From Azolla caroliniana (lineage: Eukaryota > Plantae > Polypodiophyta), in the NCBI GenBank assembly GCA_043228905.1, contig JBHGNT010000021.1, positions 5,518,001-5,582,000 of the forward strand: 64,000 bases of DNA, read 5' to 3'. The notes under the pieces were generated by a model that saw only the letters and a program-made list of their open reading frames with translations, was not told where the DNA came from and did no database searches. The translations under genes and the position numbers were made by a program. Below are positions 1-11,700 of the stretch, piece by piece; position 1 is the first letter of the stretch; every line of letters starts with the position of its first letter.

Positions 1-172
1 CAACACAGGGAATAATAGGAAATTAGAGCCAGATGCCACAGGAATCATTAATTCTGCTTTAAGAACACATTTGGTGAATGTATACCAATGTTCAAGCCTT
101 TGCACTAAACCGAAAGTTGCGATGAGAGATGACTGACTGATAATTCGGATAGTTTTGTTTCATGTTTCACAG

Positions 173-1373
173 GTTTTTTGCAACAAATGTTGAGCTGAAT
201 CTAACTGTGATAGCATGCGAGCACATGACACCAGAGATGCAACCCATGGGTCTGGACACATGCACCTTTGATCCTGAAACTGTTGAGGTGGGTGCCAAGG
301 TCTACATCATGGGATACAATCTAAATGAAATCAGAAGTGAGAAATGCTCTGCAGGAGGCGGCCAACGTAGGCTCACAATTGGTTCTGGTCATGTGGTGAC
401 CAGTGGCAGTACCCACATGGAGGTAGAGGCACGTGATGATTGGTGGGCCGAAGGGTCACCTGGCTTTGATGCTGAGGGTGCCTTTGCATTTCTTGTGACA
501 GGGGGCAAATGCAAAAACCAGCGTGTTAGAATGCGCATTGTCACGCTCCCCACCATTCGCTCTTGGCTAGAGCCTGAATGGAAGGCATCCATAGCTTCCA
601 ATTCCACACCCAACCCAAATCCTAATATTAGCATCAACCCTAATATCTCACACAGAGGCAGGTGTTCAGGGCGCCTGCATTCGTATACTCCACAGACATC
701 TAAGATCAGGATTGCAGATGTTGAGATTTCTAACAAAAAGTCTTCTGATCCTGACCATGATTCTGACAACAGCCCTACCCCTAACAATAAGCAAAATCTT
801 TACCCTGAGCATAACCTTAACCCAAACCCTGACCTTGATCCTAACCCCAACCCCAATCCCAACCCTGACGTTAACCTAAAGTGTAGCCTTAACTCAAACT
901 CTAATCCAAACCCACAACCTAAGCTCAACAATAAACCTAATTCTAACCCTAACCATAACAATAGCTCTAAGCATAACCTTAATCCTATCCATAAAACTAA
1001 TGCTAGCTCCAACACTAACCCTAAGTATAGCCTTAATCTTAGCCCTCGGTTGCATCACAAGAGATTCCCACCCATTCCTGTACTTAAGAATATCTCTGGC
1101 ATTCATGTTGCAAATTCACCCCCGAAAGCTAGCCCAAAATTGCTTGTATCTGCTCGTAGCCTTAACCCTACCGCAAAGTTACCTTCAACAGCCACTCAAA
1201 CAAAATTTGCTAGGAACTCTAGTGGTATGTATCATTGTCATTGTCACCCATCAACTAAATCCCATGTTTGTTCAGAAGATCGCAGATCTGGTAGGCCCAC
1301 AAATTTGCATAAACAATGCCAAAGAGAAACTAAACCTTTCAGACAAAAATTGTCAGAACTACACAAAATTTAA
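173..1373 (+). CDS. Terminal exon of a plant trypsin-like peptidase-fold protein with a Pro-Asn low-complexity C-terminal region (5' exons outside window)
   Basis: Acceptor tttcacAG ends at 172 and the frame stays open to TAA at 1373. FFATNVELNLTVIA...VYIMGY...LTIGSGHVV...WAEGSPGFDAEGAFAFLV resembles, from memory, an uncharacterised plant trypsin-like family. Confidence 0.6.
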
Positions 1374-1598
1374 TCACCCCCCTCCCTATTTTTGTGACAG
1401 TGTAATTAATATACCATTATTCTCATCAAGTCAATAAATGAAATATTTATCATTAAAATTCTGACATTTCGTTTTATTAAAAATTAACGCACAAGGAGAT
1501 ACTGGCATTAGCTTCGTCGACATGATGCCAACTCCCTCTACCAAATTTGCATGTGCATAAAAATGTTCTATATACAGCTATAAGGTGAAAGATTCATC

Positions 1599-3227
1599 TC
1601 ATTCAATTTCAACCACGTGTTTGAAGGCATATATCTCAAGATCTGCATCACACCATTTTTTACAAGAACCCAACATAGAAAGCCAAAGACCGGTATTGGG
1701 ACAAAAGGGGATTTTCAGGATCATTGCCTCTACTTTATCCAATTGACCTGCCCGTCCCAAAACATCAATAAAACATGCATAGTGGAGAATATTGGGTATG
1801 ATACCATAAACCTGGGCCATCACATGATAATATGTTTGTCCCTTCTCTATTAGACCTGCATGACTACAAGAATTCAAGATACTCAAAAAAGTGATTGGAT
1901 CTGGCTTATGGCCTTTTTGTATCATCATGTCAAAATAAGATGTGATATCTTCAATCTCTCCACATTGAGCATATGCAGAAATTAGAGCATTCCATGTGAA
2001 TGAATTTTGAATAGGAAGTGCGTCAAACACTTGCTGAGCTTTCTCAAGAAAACCACATTTTGAATACATATTGATGAGCGCACAACCAAGAGTAAGGTTG
2101 TGCTTTGATAGTAATCCATTTCGATCTATCTCCAAATGTATCTTCCTACCCTTATCTATCGCCCCTATACTACCACATGCCTTCAAGCTACAAGCATATG
2201 TTATTGCATCTGGATATATTCCATTAGCTTGCATTTTTTCGTAGTACTTTAGTGCTGCCCTTCCATATCCATGTTGAACATATCCAGCTATCAATGAAGT
2301 CCAAGTAATTAAGTTCCGATTTGGAAGAGAGTTAAACACTGCTTGAGCTTTTGATATCATACCAAATTTAGTGTACATATTTATTAATATATTACCAATA
2401 CCAACATCTGCTTTCAACAAACCCTTGTTAGAAATCTCACCATGTATTCTTATGCCCATTTCTATAGCTCCAATACCCGCACAAGCTTTCAAACTACAAG
2501 TATACGTAACAAGATTCGGTGAGGTACCATCAGATCTCATCTGCTCAAAACAGTCTAGTGCTTTCTCACCATGGTCATATTGTGCATATCCAGATATCAA
2601 TGATGTCCAAGTGACAACATTTCTCACCTCAAGTGTGTTAAACACCTCTTGTGCTTTAACTAGCATACCACATTTGGCATACATATCAACTAATGCACTA
2701 CCAAGAAAGATATTTCTTCTCAATAATGCTCTTCTAGATATTTCTACATGTATTTCAATCCCTGTTTCGAGGTTAGCAATAGAGCCACATGCTTTTAGAG
2801 CACAAGCAAATGTAACCACATCAGGTAACACATGCTGAAGCTTCATTTCTTCATAAAAATATAAAGACTCTTCACTATATTCATGGTGTGCATATCCTCC
2901 AATCATCGCATTCCAGGTGACCACATTGCGGGTCGAAAGCATATCGAAGATTTCTCTTGCCTTGTCGAGCGAACCACATGTGGCATACATATGGATCAAT
3001 GCACTCGTAACAAAGGCGTTATCTTTCATAAAATCTTTGAAGAAAACATGATGATGCAATCTACACCCTGTATTTAGGTCTTTGAGGTGACCACACACCT
3101 TTAGCAAAGCCACACATGTTCGTGAACCTACATATCCACAATTGTGATGGATTCTCTGATACAAAGCGAGAGGCAGGCGTGATTCTCCTCCAAGAATAAG
3201 GTTTAGGATGGATGGAGAAGGGGGCAT
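1599..3227 (-). CDS. PLS-class pentatricopeptide repeat protein ending in a partial E domain (no DYW)
   Basis: Intronless ORF with repeated motifs (SALIHMYATCGSLDKAREIFD, NVVTWNAMIGGYA, PDVVTFACALKACG). C-terminus HYACFIDVLGRAG...PFCPNTGLWLSMLGSC is E-domain-like. Confidence 0.93.
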   Translation of the reverse strand: MPPSPSILNLILGGESRLPLALYQRIHHNCGYVGSRTCVALLKVCGHLKDLNTGCRLHHHVFFKDFMKDNAFVTSALIHMYATCGSLDKAREIFDMLSTRNVVTWNAMIGGYAHHEYSEESLYFYEEMKLQHVLPDVVTFACALKACGSIANLETGIEIHVEISRRALLRRNIFLGSALVDMYAKCGMLVKAQEVFNTLEVRNVVTWTSLISGYAQYDHGEKALDCFEQMRSDGTSPNLVTYTCSLKACAGIGAIEMGIRIHGEISNKGLLKADVGIGNILINMYTKFGMISKAQAVFNSLPNRNLITWTSLIAGYVQHGYGRAALKYYEKMQANGIYPDAITYACSLKACGSIGAIDKGRKIHLEIDRNGLLSKHNLTLGCALINMYSKCGFLEKAQQVFDALPIQNSFTWNALISAYAQCGEIEDITSYFDMMIQKGHKPDPITFLSILNSCSHAGLIEKGQTYYHVMAQVYGIIPNILHYACFIDVLGRAGQLDKVEAMILKIPFCPNTGLWLSMLGSCKKWCDADLEIYAFKHVVEIE

Positions 3228-3251
3228 CACGCCATAGATTCTTGCAGGCCA

Positions 3252-4068
3252 CGTTCGTTCTCTGCAGGGATCATTTTGTTCTTCGTCAATATTTATAAAA
3301 ATGGCCCTGTAATTGTTGCATATTTGCAGAAGTAGGCCTCTACTAGATTTGGCATGGGCATTGTTGTTGGCCTAACAAGAGGTGATTTATGGCTACACAA
3401 TTACAAGGCCACACAAATAAGACAATCTCTATCTCACTATAGATGATGGCATGTCTCATTTCCCTTCCAAATTTCTTGTTTGCTGCATTCATGACATATG
3501 CATTAGGTTGTGGTTCGTTCTCTGCAAGGATTGTTTGTTCTTCGTCTATATTTATAAAAATGGCCCTGTAATTGTTGCATATTTGCAGAAGTAGGCCTCT
3601 ACTAGATTTGGCATGGGCATTGTTGTTGGCCTAACAAGAGGTGATTTATGGCCACACAATCATAATGCCACAAGTAAGACAATCTCTATCTCACTATAGA
3701 TGGCATGTCCCATTTCCCTTCCAAATTTCTTGTTTTCTACATTCATGATATATGCATTAGCTTGTGGTTCGTTCTTTGCACGTATCGTTTGTTCTTTGTC
3801 TATATTTATAAAATTGGACCTATATTTGTTCCATATTTGCTGAAGTGGGACTCTACTAGATTTGTAAGCATTGTTGTTGGTCTAGCAAGAGGTGGTTTAT
3901 GGCTACACAATTATAAGGCCACACAAGTAAGACAATCTCTATCTCGCTATATATGGCATGTCCCCTTTCCCTTTCAAATTTCTTGTTTGCTACATTCATG
4001 ATATACGCATTAGCTTGCATTCGTTCTTTGCAAGGATCATTTGTATTTTGTCTATATTTATAAAATTG
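3252..4068. repeat. Tandem repeat, unit about 255-260 bp, about 3.2 copies
   Basis: Units begin with (g/a)ttcgttct(c/t)tgca at about 3252, 3512, 3766 and 4020 and share tatttataaaa, tctactagattt and gacaatctctatctc blocks. Confidence 0.9.
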
Positions 4069-4099
4069 GATGTATAGACATATATATAAATAAAATTTG

Positions 4100-4230
4100 A
4101 TGTATAGACATACCGTCACATAAGCATCCAAATTACCATTGTTCATGTACTTGTATACAAGCATTGCCTCTATAACCTCATAGCACCATCGTACTACATT
4201 CCACAAGTTGAGATTTCAAATACAACATTA
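4100..4230 (-). pseudogene. Receptor-like kinase fragment (subdomain IV-V)
   Basis: Translation NVVRWCYEVIEAMLVYKYMNNGNLDAYV resembles the RLK motif NLVxLxGWCxE..LLVYEYMxNGSLD. No intact gene around it. Confidence 0.5.
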
Positions 4231-5137
4231 ATTATGTTCATTGTGAATGTGGTCTAACTTCCCTCCTACACACACACACACACACGTATAAACAATAGAT
4301 TCTTCTATAACAAGGAAATTTTGTTTGCCCTAGTAAAAGTGTTGCGACAATAACATCATGCAAAACAATGCATCCATAAAAATCTCCTAGACTCATACAT
4401 AATCTAGATGTGTGCTTTGGGCAAATGTTTTGGACTTTTGAACCTGTATATTGTGTTTAGTGCAATTAAACTAGTGATAGGCAAATGGAGGGCTAAGATC
4501 TTACAAGATCAATAATGTGCCTCCACTTCTTCACCATAATTGTGTTTTGCAGTTCAAAAGTCTTTAGTAATTGCATATGTTTAGTCTGAAATCCATGCAC
4601 ACCTAAAAAAACCCAGCCATAAGAAGTGGCTCGACAACCTCACTTTCTATAACCTCAAGGTGTGATGTGGCCTCAAATCATTGAACAATATGAGATATTC
4701 TTCTACCATGCATGAACACTAGGGAAATCATTTGTTGAGTTGGTCAAATAAGTGTCTCCATTTGTTAAATTTGTCAAATGCACGTTGTAAGCTTCTCCAT
4801 TGGTTTGTGGTCAGATAAACCATCTTAAAACAGCATTTTAATAAAAGCAACAAATAGACAATTGTAAAAACTTATACACAAATGTCATTATGAGAGGTCC
4901 ACATGCTCAAGAAAATGGTATCCATCTGTATCTACTATACTACTCCTGAGGCTCTGGACAATACACCAAAAAACATTTGATATGAATCATCGTTATAGTT
5001 TCAGAGAAATGATGTACATAAATGATGTAAGGGTAGGATACAAAATCACAATTATGTAAAGTCGCATGTTCACGGTCACACCATTGCTTGTGTTCATTGA
5101 GTTAGGATGGATTTGCAAATTGCATACACACAACCTC

Positions 5138-8100
5138 TCAACCAAAAGCCTTCGTTATTGTGCCTTTGGATGTCCAAATCTGCACAAAAATAACATAGAA
5201 GATAAACAACAATAACCAAATTATATACATGCATTAGCATCCATCTATACATAAAAATATCACAAACCTTCAGTGTTTGGTCCCAGCTCCCTGTACACAA
5301 GGCACTTCCATCAGATGCTAGACCTATGCAACTTACAACTTGTGTGTGGTATTGCGGCAGGTTCCTCATCTTACTGACAACCTGAAAGCCAAACTCTCTC
5401 TATATATGTGTGTTTGTACACCTGTGCAAGTATGCATATTACTTTGTGTATGCAAGTGTATGAGTGTGAATATGCGAACGTGTGCATGAGTGTATATCTA
5501 TATTTACCTATCTACATAAATACATATATATATATTGTATCTGCATTGCCATGTAGTGTCATTTCCAAGGATGTACAAAAACTAAACTGTATTCCCACAG
5601 AAATATGTCCTAACCAATAATTAGCTTATTGAGTTCCCATCCATGACCTCAAAGTCTATAAACCTTGCAGTTTACCAGTTATACAGTGACTTGTCGATTG
5701 ATAAAATGTGAAATTTCCAGAAATAAGTTTACATGCATGTGTATACAATAATAAATTGTGCATACATGCATATGTGTGTGCACACACACATACAGACATA
5801 TATATAATCATTTCGCCGTCAATCATTTTTTTTGTGTTTCCCTTCACATTGAGGTTACCTAACAGAAACCTAATGTAGTTCTCTGTGTAAATTGTATTTG
5901 GAATGCTTTAATATTGTGCTTTTTAGCGTGTCATGTCTTGTTTCTCAACTAATAGTCAGATCCCAAAACACAATCCTAAAAACATATGAGTAAAAATAAC
6001 TGATACCTCAGCTGTGATACTATCCCATATGTAGCAATCTCCATTAGAGTATGCTGCAAAAAGGAGACGCCCTGAATTCGAGAAAGCTATTGAAAGCGCC
6101 TTAGCTTTTTGAGCAGATAAAGACTGATCTCTGTATCCTTGTAGATGATGTCCTGTGCGTGTATCAAATATTCTACATGTGCTATCATCAGACCCAGTAC
6201 CAAATGTAATGCCATCTGAGAGAAACTGTACGGTATTGACATCTTCTTCATGGCCATGGAAAGTCTGTACCGATTTATTGATGCGCATGTCCCATAACCG
6301 TGCTGTCTGGTCACATGAACCTGATACAAACAGCTTTGGATTTGCTGTACTGACAGATAAGCTGCCAGGAAATGGATATACTGATCAGACTTTATTTCCA
6401 TCACTTCAGTGGATGTATGTTTGTGTGTGTAGATGTCATGGATGTATGTCTGAATGTATTGTGGGATAGAATGGACAGCATGATATATGTATGTAGGAAT
6501 GTAGGTATACATGTATAGTATAGTATGTTATGGTAATGGATGGCTTTACAGAGGACCAAGTATATGCACAATATGTATGTCAATGTACAAAGGTGAGTGT
6601 GTATGTGGGTATGGGATGTCGGTATGTATGTATGTATGTATATATGCATGTAAGGTATGGTGCTGTGTGGTATATATGCATTTGTGAACATTATGGAAAA
6701 GTTGGTTTAGCACCAACCCTGTTAGGTACTGGATATGGCTTGGTACACCAACTTCATGCAATAAGTGCCAAAACCACAGGCAGAAATATTGGGTTTTCTC
6801 AAAGGGATGAATCGACTCACCTCAGCACATCACTCCTGTGACCCAATGCCAAATTACCACCAAAATCGATGACTTTTCGACCACTCTCTATCTCCCACAA
6901 TGCACATGTGCTGTCACCAGAGCTCGTAATGATCTCCCTATCTGAATGAGGTACGAACTTGCAGCCAGAAATGTAGCCTTTATGCCCTCTTAGTATCTTT
7001 GGTTCAGAAGTGACACTCCCTTTAACAGAGTTCAATGTATAGATGGACGAAACACAATCTAACCCTCCGCAAACTATTGCTTTCCCACTGGGAGAGAAGG
7101 CACATGTCATTATCCATGAACAGGTGAGCTTTATAGAGTGTGTCTTTTGACCTGTTAAGGCATTCCAAACGATCAAATGACCATCTTGTGAAGCACTTGC
7201 AACTCGTTCTTTCCCTTGTGCCCAGTCTAATGAGTAGACCTGCAATAATAATGCAAAAGTTCATACTCTGTTTTTGAGTCATCTGATGTTATTTAGTATT
7301 CTATGCCATCGTGAGCTAGTAGAAGTAGCATTGTTTTTATTAATGCAAGCCAATTAAGACTATGAATTGTTAAATGGTGGACACATTAGGCCAATGAAGA
7401 GCATATTATGCATTCTTTGCAAAATGAATCTCGTGCCCTTACATTAGGGACAACCATTTTCAGGCTATTACAAAGTTGTGAAAATCTCTAAGATTTGTTT
7501 CGAAAATAGATTCAATCCATGGCCTCAGCATTGGCAACATGGCATATTTTGCACAACAATAAAGCTTATAGTGATTAAAACCTAACAAAAATATTCCCCA
7601 AAATGGCCATTTCTCATGGTTTGTGGAAATTTTTTATTAATTTTTTTACAATGAAGTTGTTCAAAAGATTTGACAAATTAACAAGAATTTACTGAGTAAC
7701 ATTTTCCAGAACAAAGTTAAAATTTGTGAAAACTGAAAATATTAGACTAATATTTCTGTGCTTTTTAGAGTATATAGTTGGGTTCCTTTTTTTTCTATTA
7801 GAATGGCACCAAATTCAGTAAATAGAACCACCAATATGTACTTTGCCTGTATGCCCTCTAAGCGTTCGGCAACAGACAAAACCGTTCGGCTGGAATTTCA
7901 CGGGTATCATTCCATTCGCTCGGGCATAAGAAGAAACTGTTAAACAGATACAAAATCGAGTTATAAGGATCACAAATAAAAAAGCAAAGCAACGCACAAA
8001 AATGCTTCACATGTCAAGCCCAGGGGTAAGTTGAGAAACAAGAAAAACATCAGAGATTTTCCTGTCTTCATGTGGAAAACAAAAATGTAACTAAAACACC

Positions 8101-8300
8101 CAATAGCACTGCTCTTTGGGCATGCCTAGAAACAACCAAAAAGCAAAACCTAAAGAAATCTAAAACAACCAATAAAGGAAAATGGGAACAGAGAACCAAC
8201 CATCGGTATCAATAAGCTGGGAACGTTTCTGTTCAACTTTCTCTCTCAAGCTGGAGGCCTTTGATTTTGCTTGATGATGGAATTCAGAAAGAGTGGCCAT
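5138..8300 (-). CDS. GB1: Heterotrimeric G-protein beta subunit (AGB1-like WD40), 6 coding exons, 374 aa
   Basis: Exons 8300-8201, 7936-7842, 7239-6821, 6361-6007, 5381-5268 and 5179-5138 have GT-AG introns with consistent phases. Motifs CCRTLRGHTGKVYSLDW, SASQDGHLIVWNALT, GTGSDDSTCRIFD, ALCTGSWDQTLKIW. Confidence 0.95.
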
Positions 8301-8648
8301 AGATCGATGAAGAGCAAAGAAAGTCTCTGCTTTTTTGGGCAGAGTCTGAATCAATGAGGGCTAAATCCAAAGGGATTGCAGAAGATCATGTTCCTTCATG
8401 GCACCTTTGATTCTCATCTTCTTCATACAACTGCAAAGGAAGATGCAAGGATTGGGGGAAAGAAGAGAAATGAGGAAAAGGACTCTGTTTTCCCCTGTTT
8501 CTCCCTTTCTTTTGGTTTCCCTTTGTGTTTTGTTTTGTTGTGTTGTGTGTGTCTTTTTATCCCTTTCTTTTTGGTTTCCTTAGAGTGTTTTTTTTCTTCT
8601 ATGTGTGTTTTTGGCCCAAACTCAGTTAGTTCATCTAAATTTCTAATG

Positions 8649-8651
<3 letters not shown>

Positions 8652-8684
<33 letters not shown>

Positions 8685-8698
8685 AACCTATAAGAATG

Positions 8699-8748
<50 letters not shown>
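8652..8748. repeat. Compound (GA)n/(GT)n microsatellite in the G-beta 5' region
   Basis: Directly visible GA and GT runs, associated with a duplicated 18-mer ctaacctataagaatggt (8683-8700, 8780-8797). Confidence 0.9.
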
Positions 8749-8749
<1 letters not shown>

Positions 8750-11700
8750 TTGTAGTGAGAGAGTGAGAAAAAGAGACACCTAACCTATAAGAATGGTAAT
8801 TCTCTAGAGAGGATGTTTCATTAACAAAGGATTTATACACCAATCCCTGGCAAAAGCTATCTCCAGCTCCACGACCACACTTTGCTCCCCCCCATTAGTT
8901 TTCCTTCACAGCACGATCAACCAGAGAAACCAAAAAAATAAAAAGAGAAAGACGGGAAAGAAAGAAAAAGCAGGATAACACGGTCGTCCTGCTTTGACAT
9001 GACCTGGTTTGCTCGTCTAGGGGGCAACTATCGTCGGAACGAATGGTCGTATTGTCGTTCTTTTCCTGTATACCCCGATGGATCGCAAAAAAAGAAACAA
9101 AAATCGTCTTTGCTATCTTGCCTCCACCATTCACATACACGTGGCATGGATTCTCTGGTTGTCGTTCTTTTTTCATGCCCATGAGTTGGGTAGATCAAAA
9201 GCTCATCAATGCTTGCGTACCTACATTATTAATGAGTAGGAACTACTCTCTTCGCCCACTTCTTTACTCCTTGTGGAGAATTGATCTTGAGAAGATAAAT
9301 TTTGTTGCATCAAAGTTGTAAGACGTGATGTGTTCCTACCGAGGTCTTTTTTCACACTCAATCCATTACGTACTTTTGGGCCAAGTAGAACGTATTTCTT
9401 ACTAGATTTTGCCTACATATTTACTGCCTTTATTTTGTTAAGAGAAGGAAAAACATAACATGAACATTTACCTTCAAATTAAAGGAATGCCAAAGAAACC
9501 CACAATAAAATGTACGGGTTTAAACTTACTTTGAAATATTGGAAGTTAAGCTAAATTGCCTCTCATGCATTCAAGTTTGTTTAATTAGTAAAACCCATGA
9601 TTATGATATGCCCTTTTTGTCACCATTCCATAATGGCCTAATTCCTCAATTGGTCGTTGACTAAGTTCCTTTTAGTGCAATCACATGGATGGTACAAATT
9701 GGGAAATGCACTCTATGCGGGTTACAATTGTCCATCTATGATCCAAAAATGCAATGAAAACAATATTTATGGAGTTATCTACTTCTTCTGAGAAACTAAA
9801 CAACATGCTCCTTTGCAATGTAAGCCTCTACAAGGATTTTTGAAATCATATGTACTTGTTATTTGAGACTAAACAAGAAGCTCATTTGTAAGTTGGTATG
9901 TGAGCTTCTATATAAGGATATATGAAATCATTGTTGCCAAGGGCGAAAGTCATAAACCTCTACAATTTCTTTCACCCTTGGTAATGCACAAAACAATCAA
10001 CCAAACATTTCATAACTTACACCACCTTTTCATAATGTTTGGATGTAGAGTTTCGTATGAGAGAATGAGCTCGCAAACACCTAAAGTAAGAAGAGAGCAT
10101 TTTCATGACATGCAACCACCTTTTTACAATGTTTGGAAGAAGAGGTAGAAGATGATTTTATCACATGAAAAACAAGGAAACAAAGGTTCATCACTAGTAC
10201 ACGGATATAACATCCCAAGATTTAGCCAAGGGAATTTTAGTAACATCATCACTAAATTTGCAAGAAAAAGGTTGTTTTGGGCTCATGTAGAAATAACCCA
10301 ATTCAAGCTTAAGCTTGTTCTCATTCCTCATATTTGAAAGACATTTAAATTTCATAATATAATGAGACATTGTTTGAGATGTTTGTTAAACATTCATTTT
10401 TCGCACGATTAAACTGAGAAAAAGCAGACAACTTTATCAATCATACAAGAGAGGTTATTGCACATTTTGATCTACACTACAATATAATCCTTAACATACT
10501 ACTCAAAATATTGATGTTAATCACAAAAAATTCACCAATATTTATGTGATTATCATCAATATTGAGCATTTATTTTCAAGTAAATGCATTAATGGGTTTG
10601 TTATGGGGCACCATCTTCAATCATGCATTTGAAAAACGAAACTTACATATTGAACAGTATTGAATGTCTACTCTATCTTTCATCACTTCTTATTATTCAA
10701 TACTTCATGTATCATGCAACTAAGGCATGACGATTAAGCCCGATATTTTGATACAAGAGTTCCTGATGTAAATAATCCACAGAAATCGTGCAGTAATACA
10801 AGAGTTCATGAAGAGAGATAGGGAGGTTCGAGGTTGAGGGGTTGAGGGGTTGTGATTATCCAATAGAGAAATAAGTTAGTGACTTTATCCTAAGAATATG
10901 AGACAAACCATAACTTGATCTAACAATCTCAAGCTTGATTATAGTTAACCAAGCTACAATATCTATTATCTATAGTCCACATCCACTGAGAGAAACTGAA
11001 ATCCTTTTAAGTGAATCTTGAATGATTACTTCTCCATACTGATGGATTTCTTCATATGAGATGAACTTACTATGAAGGTTTGTAGTAACGACCAAAGGTT
11101 GATAAGAGCAACTTTATTCCTTAATACCAAGATGGATAAGTTGCTTCACTCAATAGTAAGTCTCACCTTATTGCTACTAGTAAATACTAATGGTCACTAT
11201 GATGCACTCCCAGCTCTTCCAAATCCAACTGAATTTCATACCTTGGCTTCAGCTTGACTCTACAAAAACACATTTCCAAACCTTGTTTGCATATGTGTAT
11301 ATATGTGTGTTTCTAATCATGGGTTTTGTGCACAATATGGACATCTTGGTGCCCATCATACAATTGCTAAAAAAATGTGTACGGGAGCATATGTATGTGC
11401 TTTCGATCTTTTTTATCTGATATATCTAAGAGATTAATCCAATTCACAGTCTCATAATTTACCTTATAGCACATTCAATAGCATCCAACATTCTTTCTCT
11501 ATTGTCAATTTTCAAACTCCATACAATGACACATGAGAAACAGAAAAATATAAACAAATAGACAAGTAATAGCCAAAACAGAAGATGTACACATAAGGGT
11601 TTGAAGAAGGCACAATGCTCCTAGAGAAATGGCTGAAGTACATAATTCAGTACAATGATGTGTTGAGGTCAAGTCCTTCAAGTGCCTTAGAATAAAGATT

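Noticed and set aside
600-1170. True telomere or chromosome-fusion site
   Set aside because: Degenerate hexamers within an open exon rather than the plant TTTAGGG heptamer; no head-to-head array.
6087-6841. ORFs rich in Y/I/H/T or C/V/M
   Set aside because: Translations of (TA/CA/TG)-rich intronic simple sequence in the G-beta gene; same for 5408-5847 and 16382-16941.
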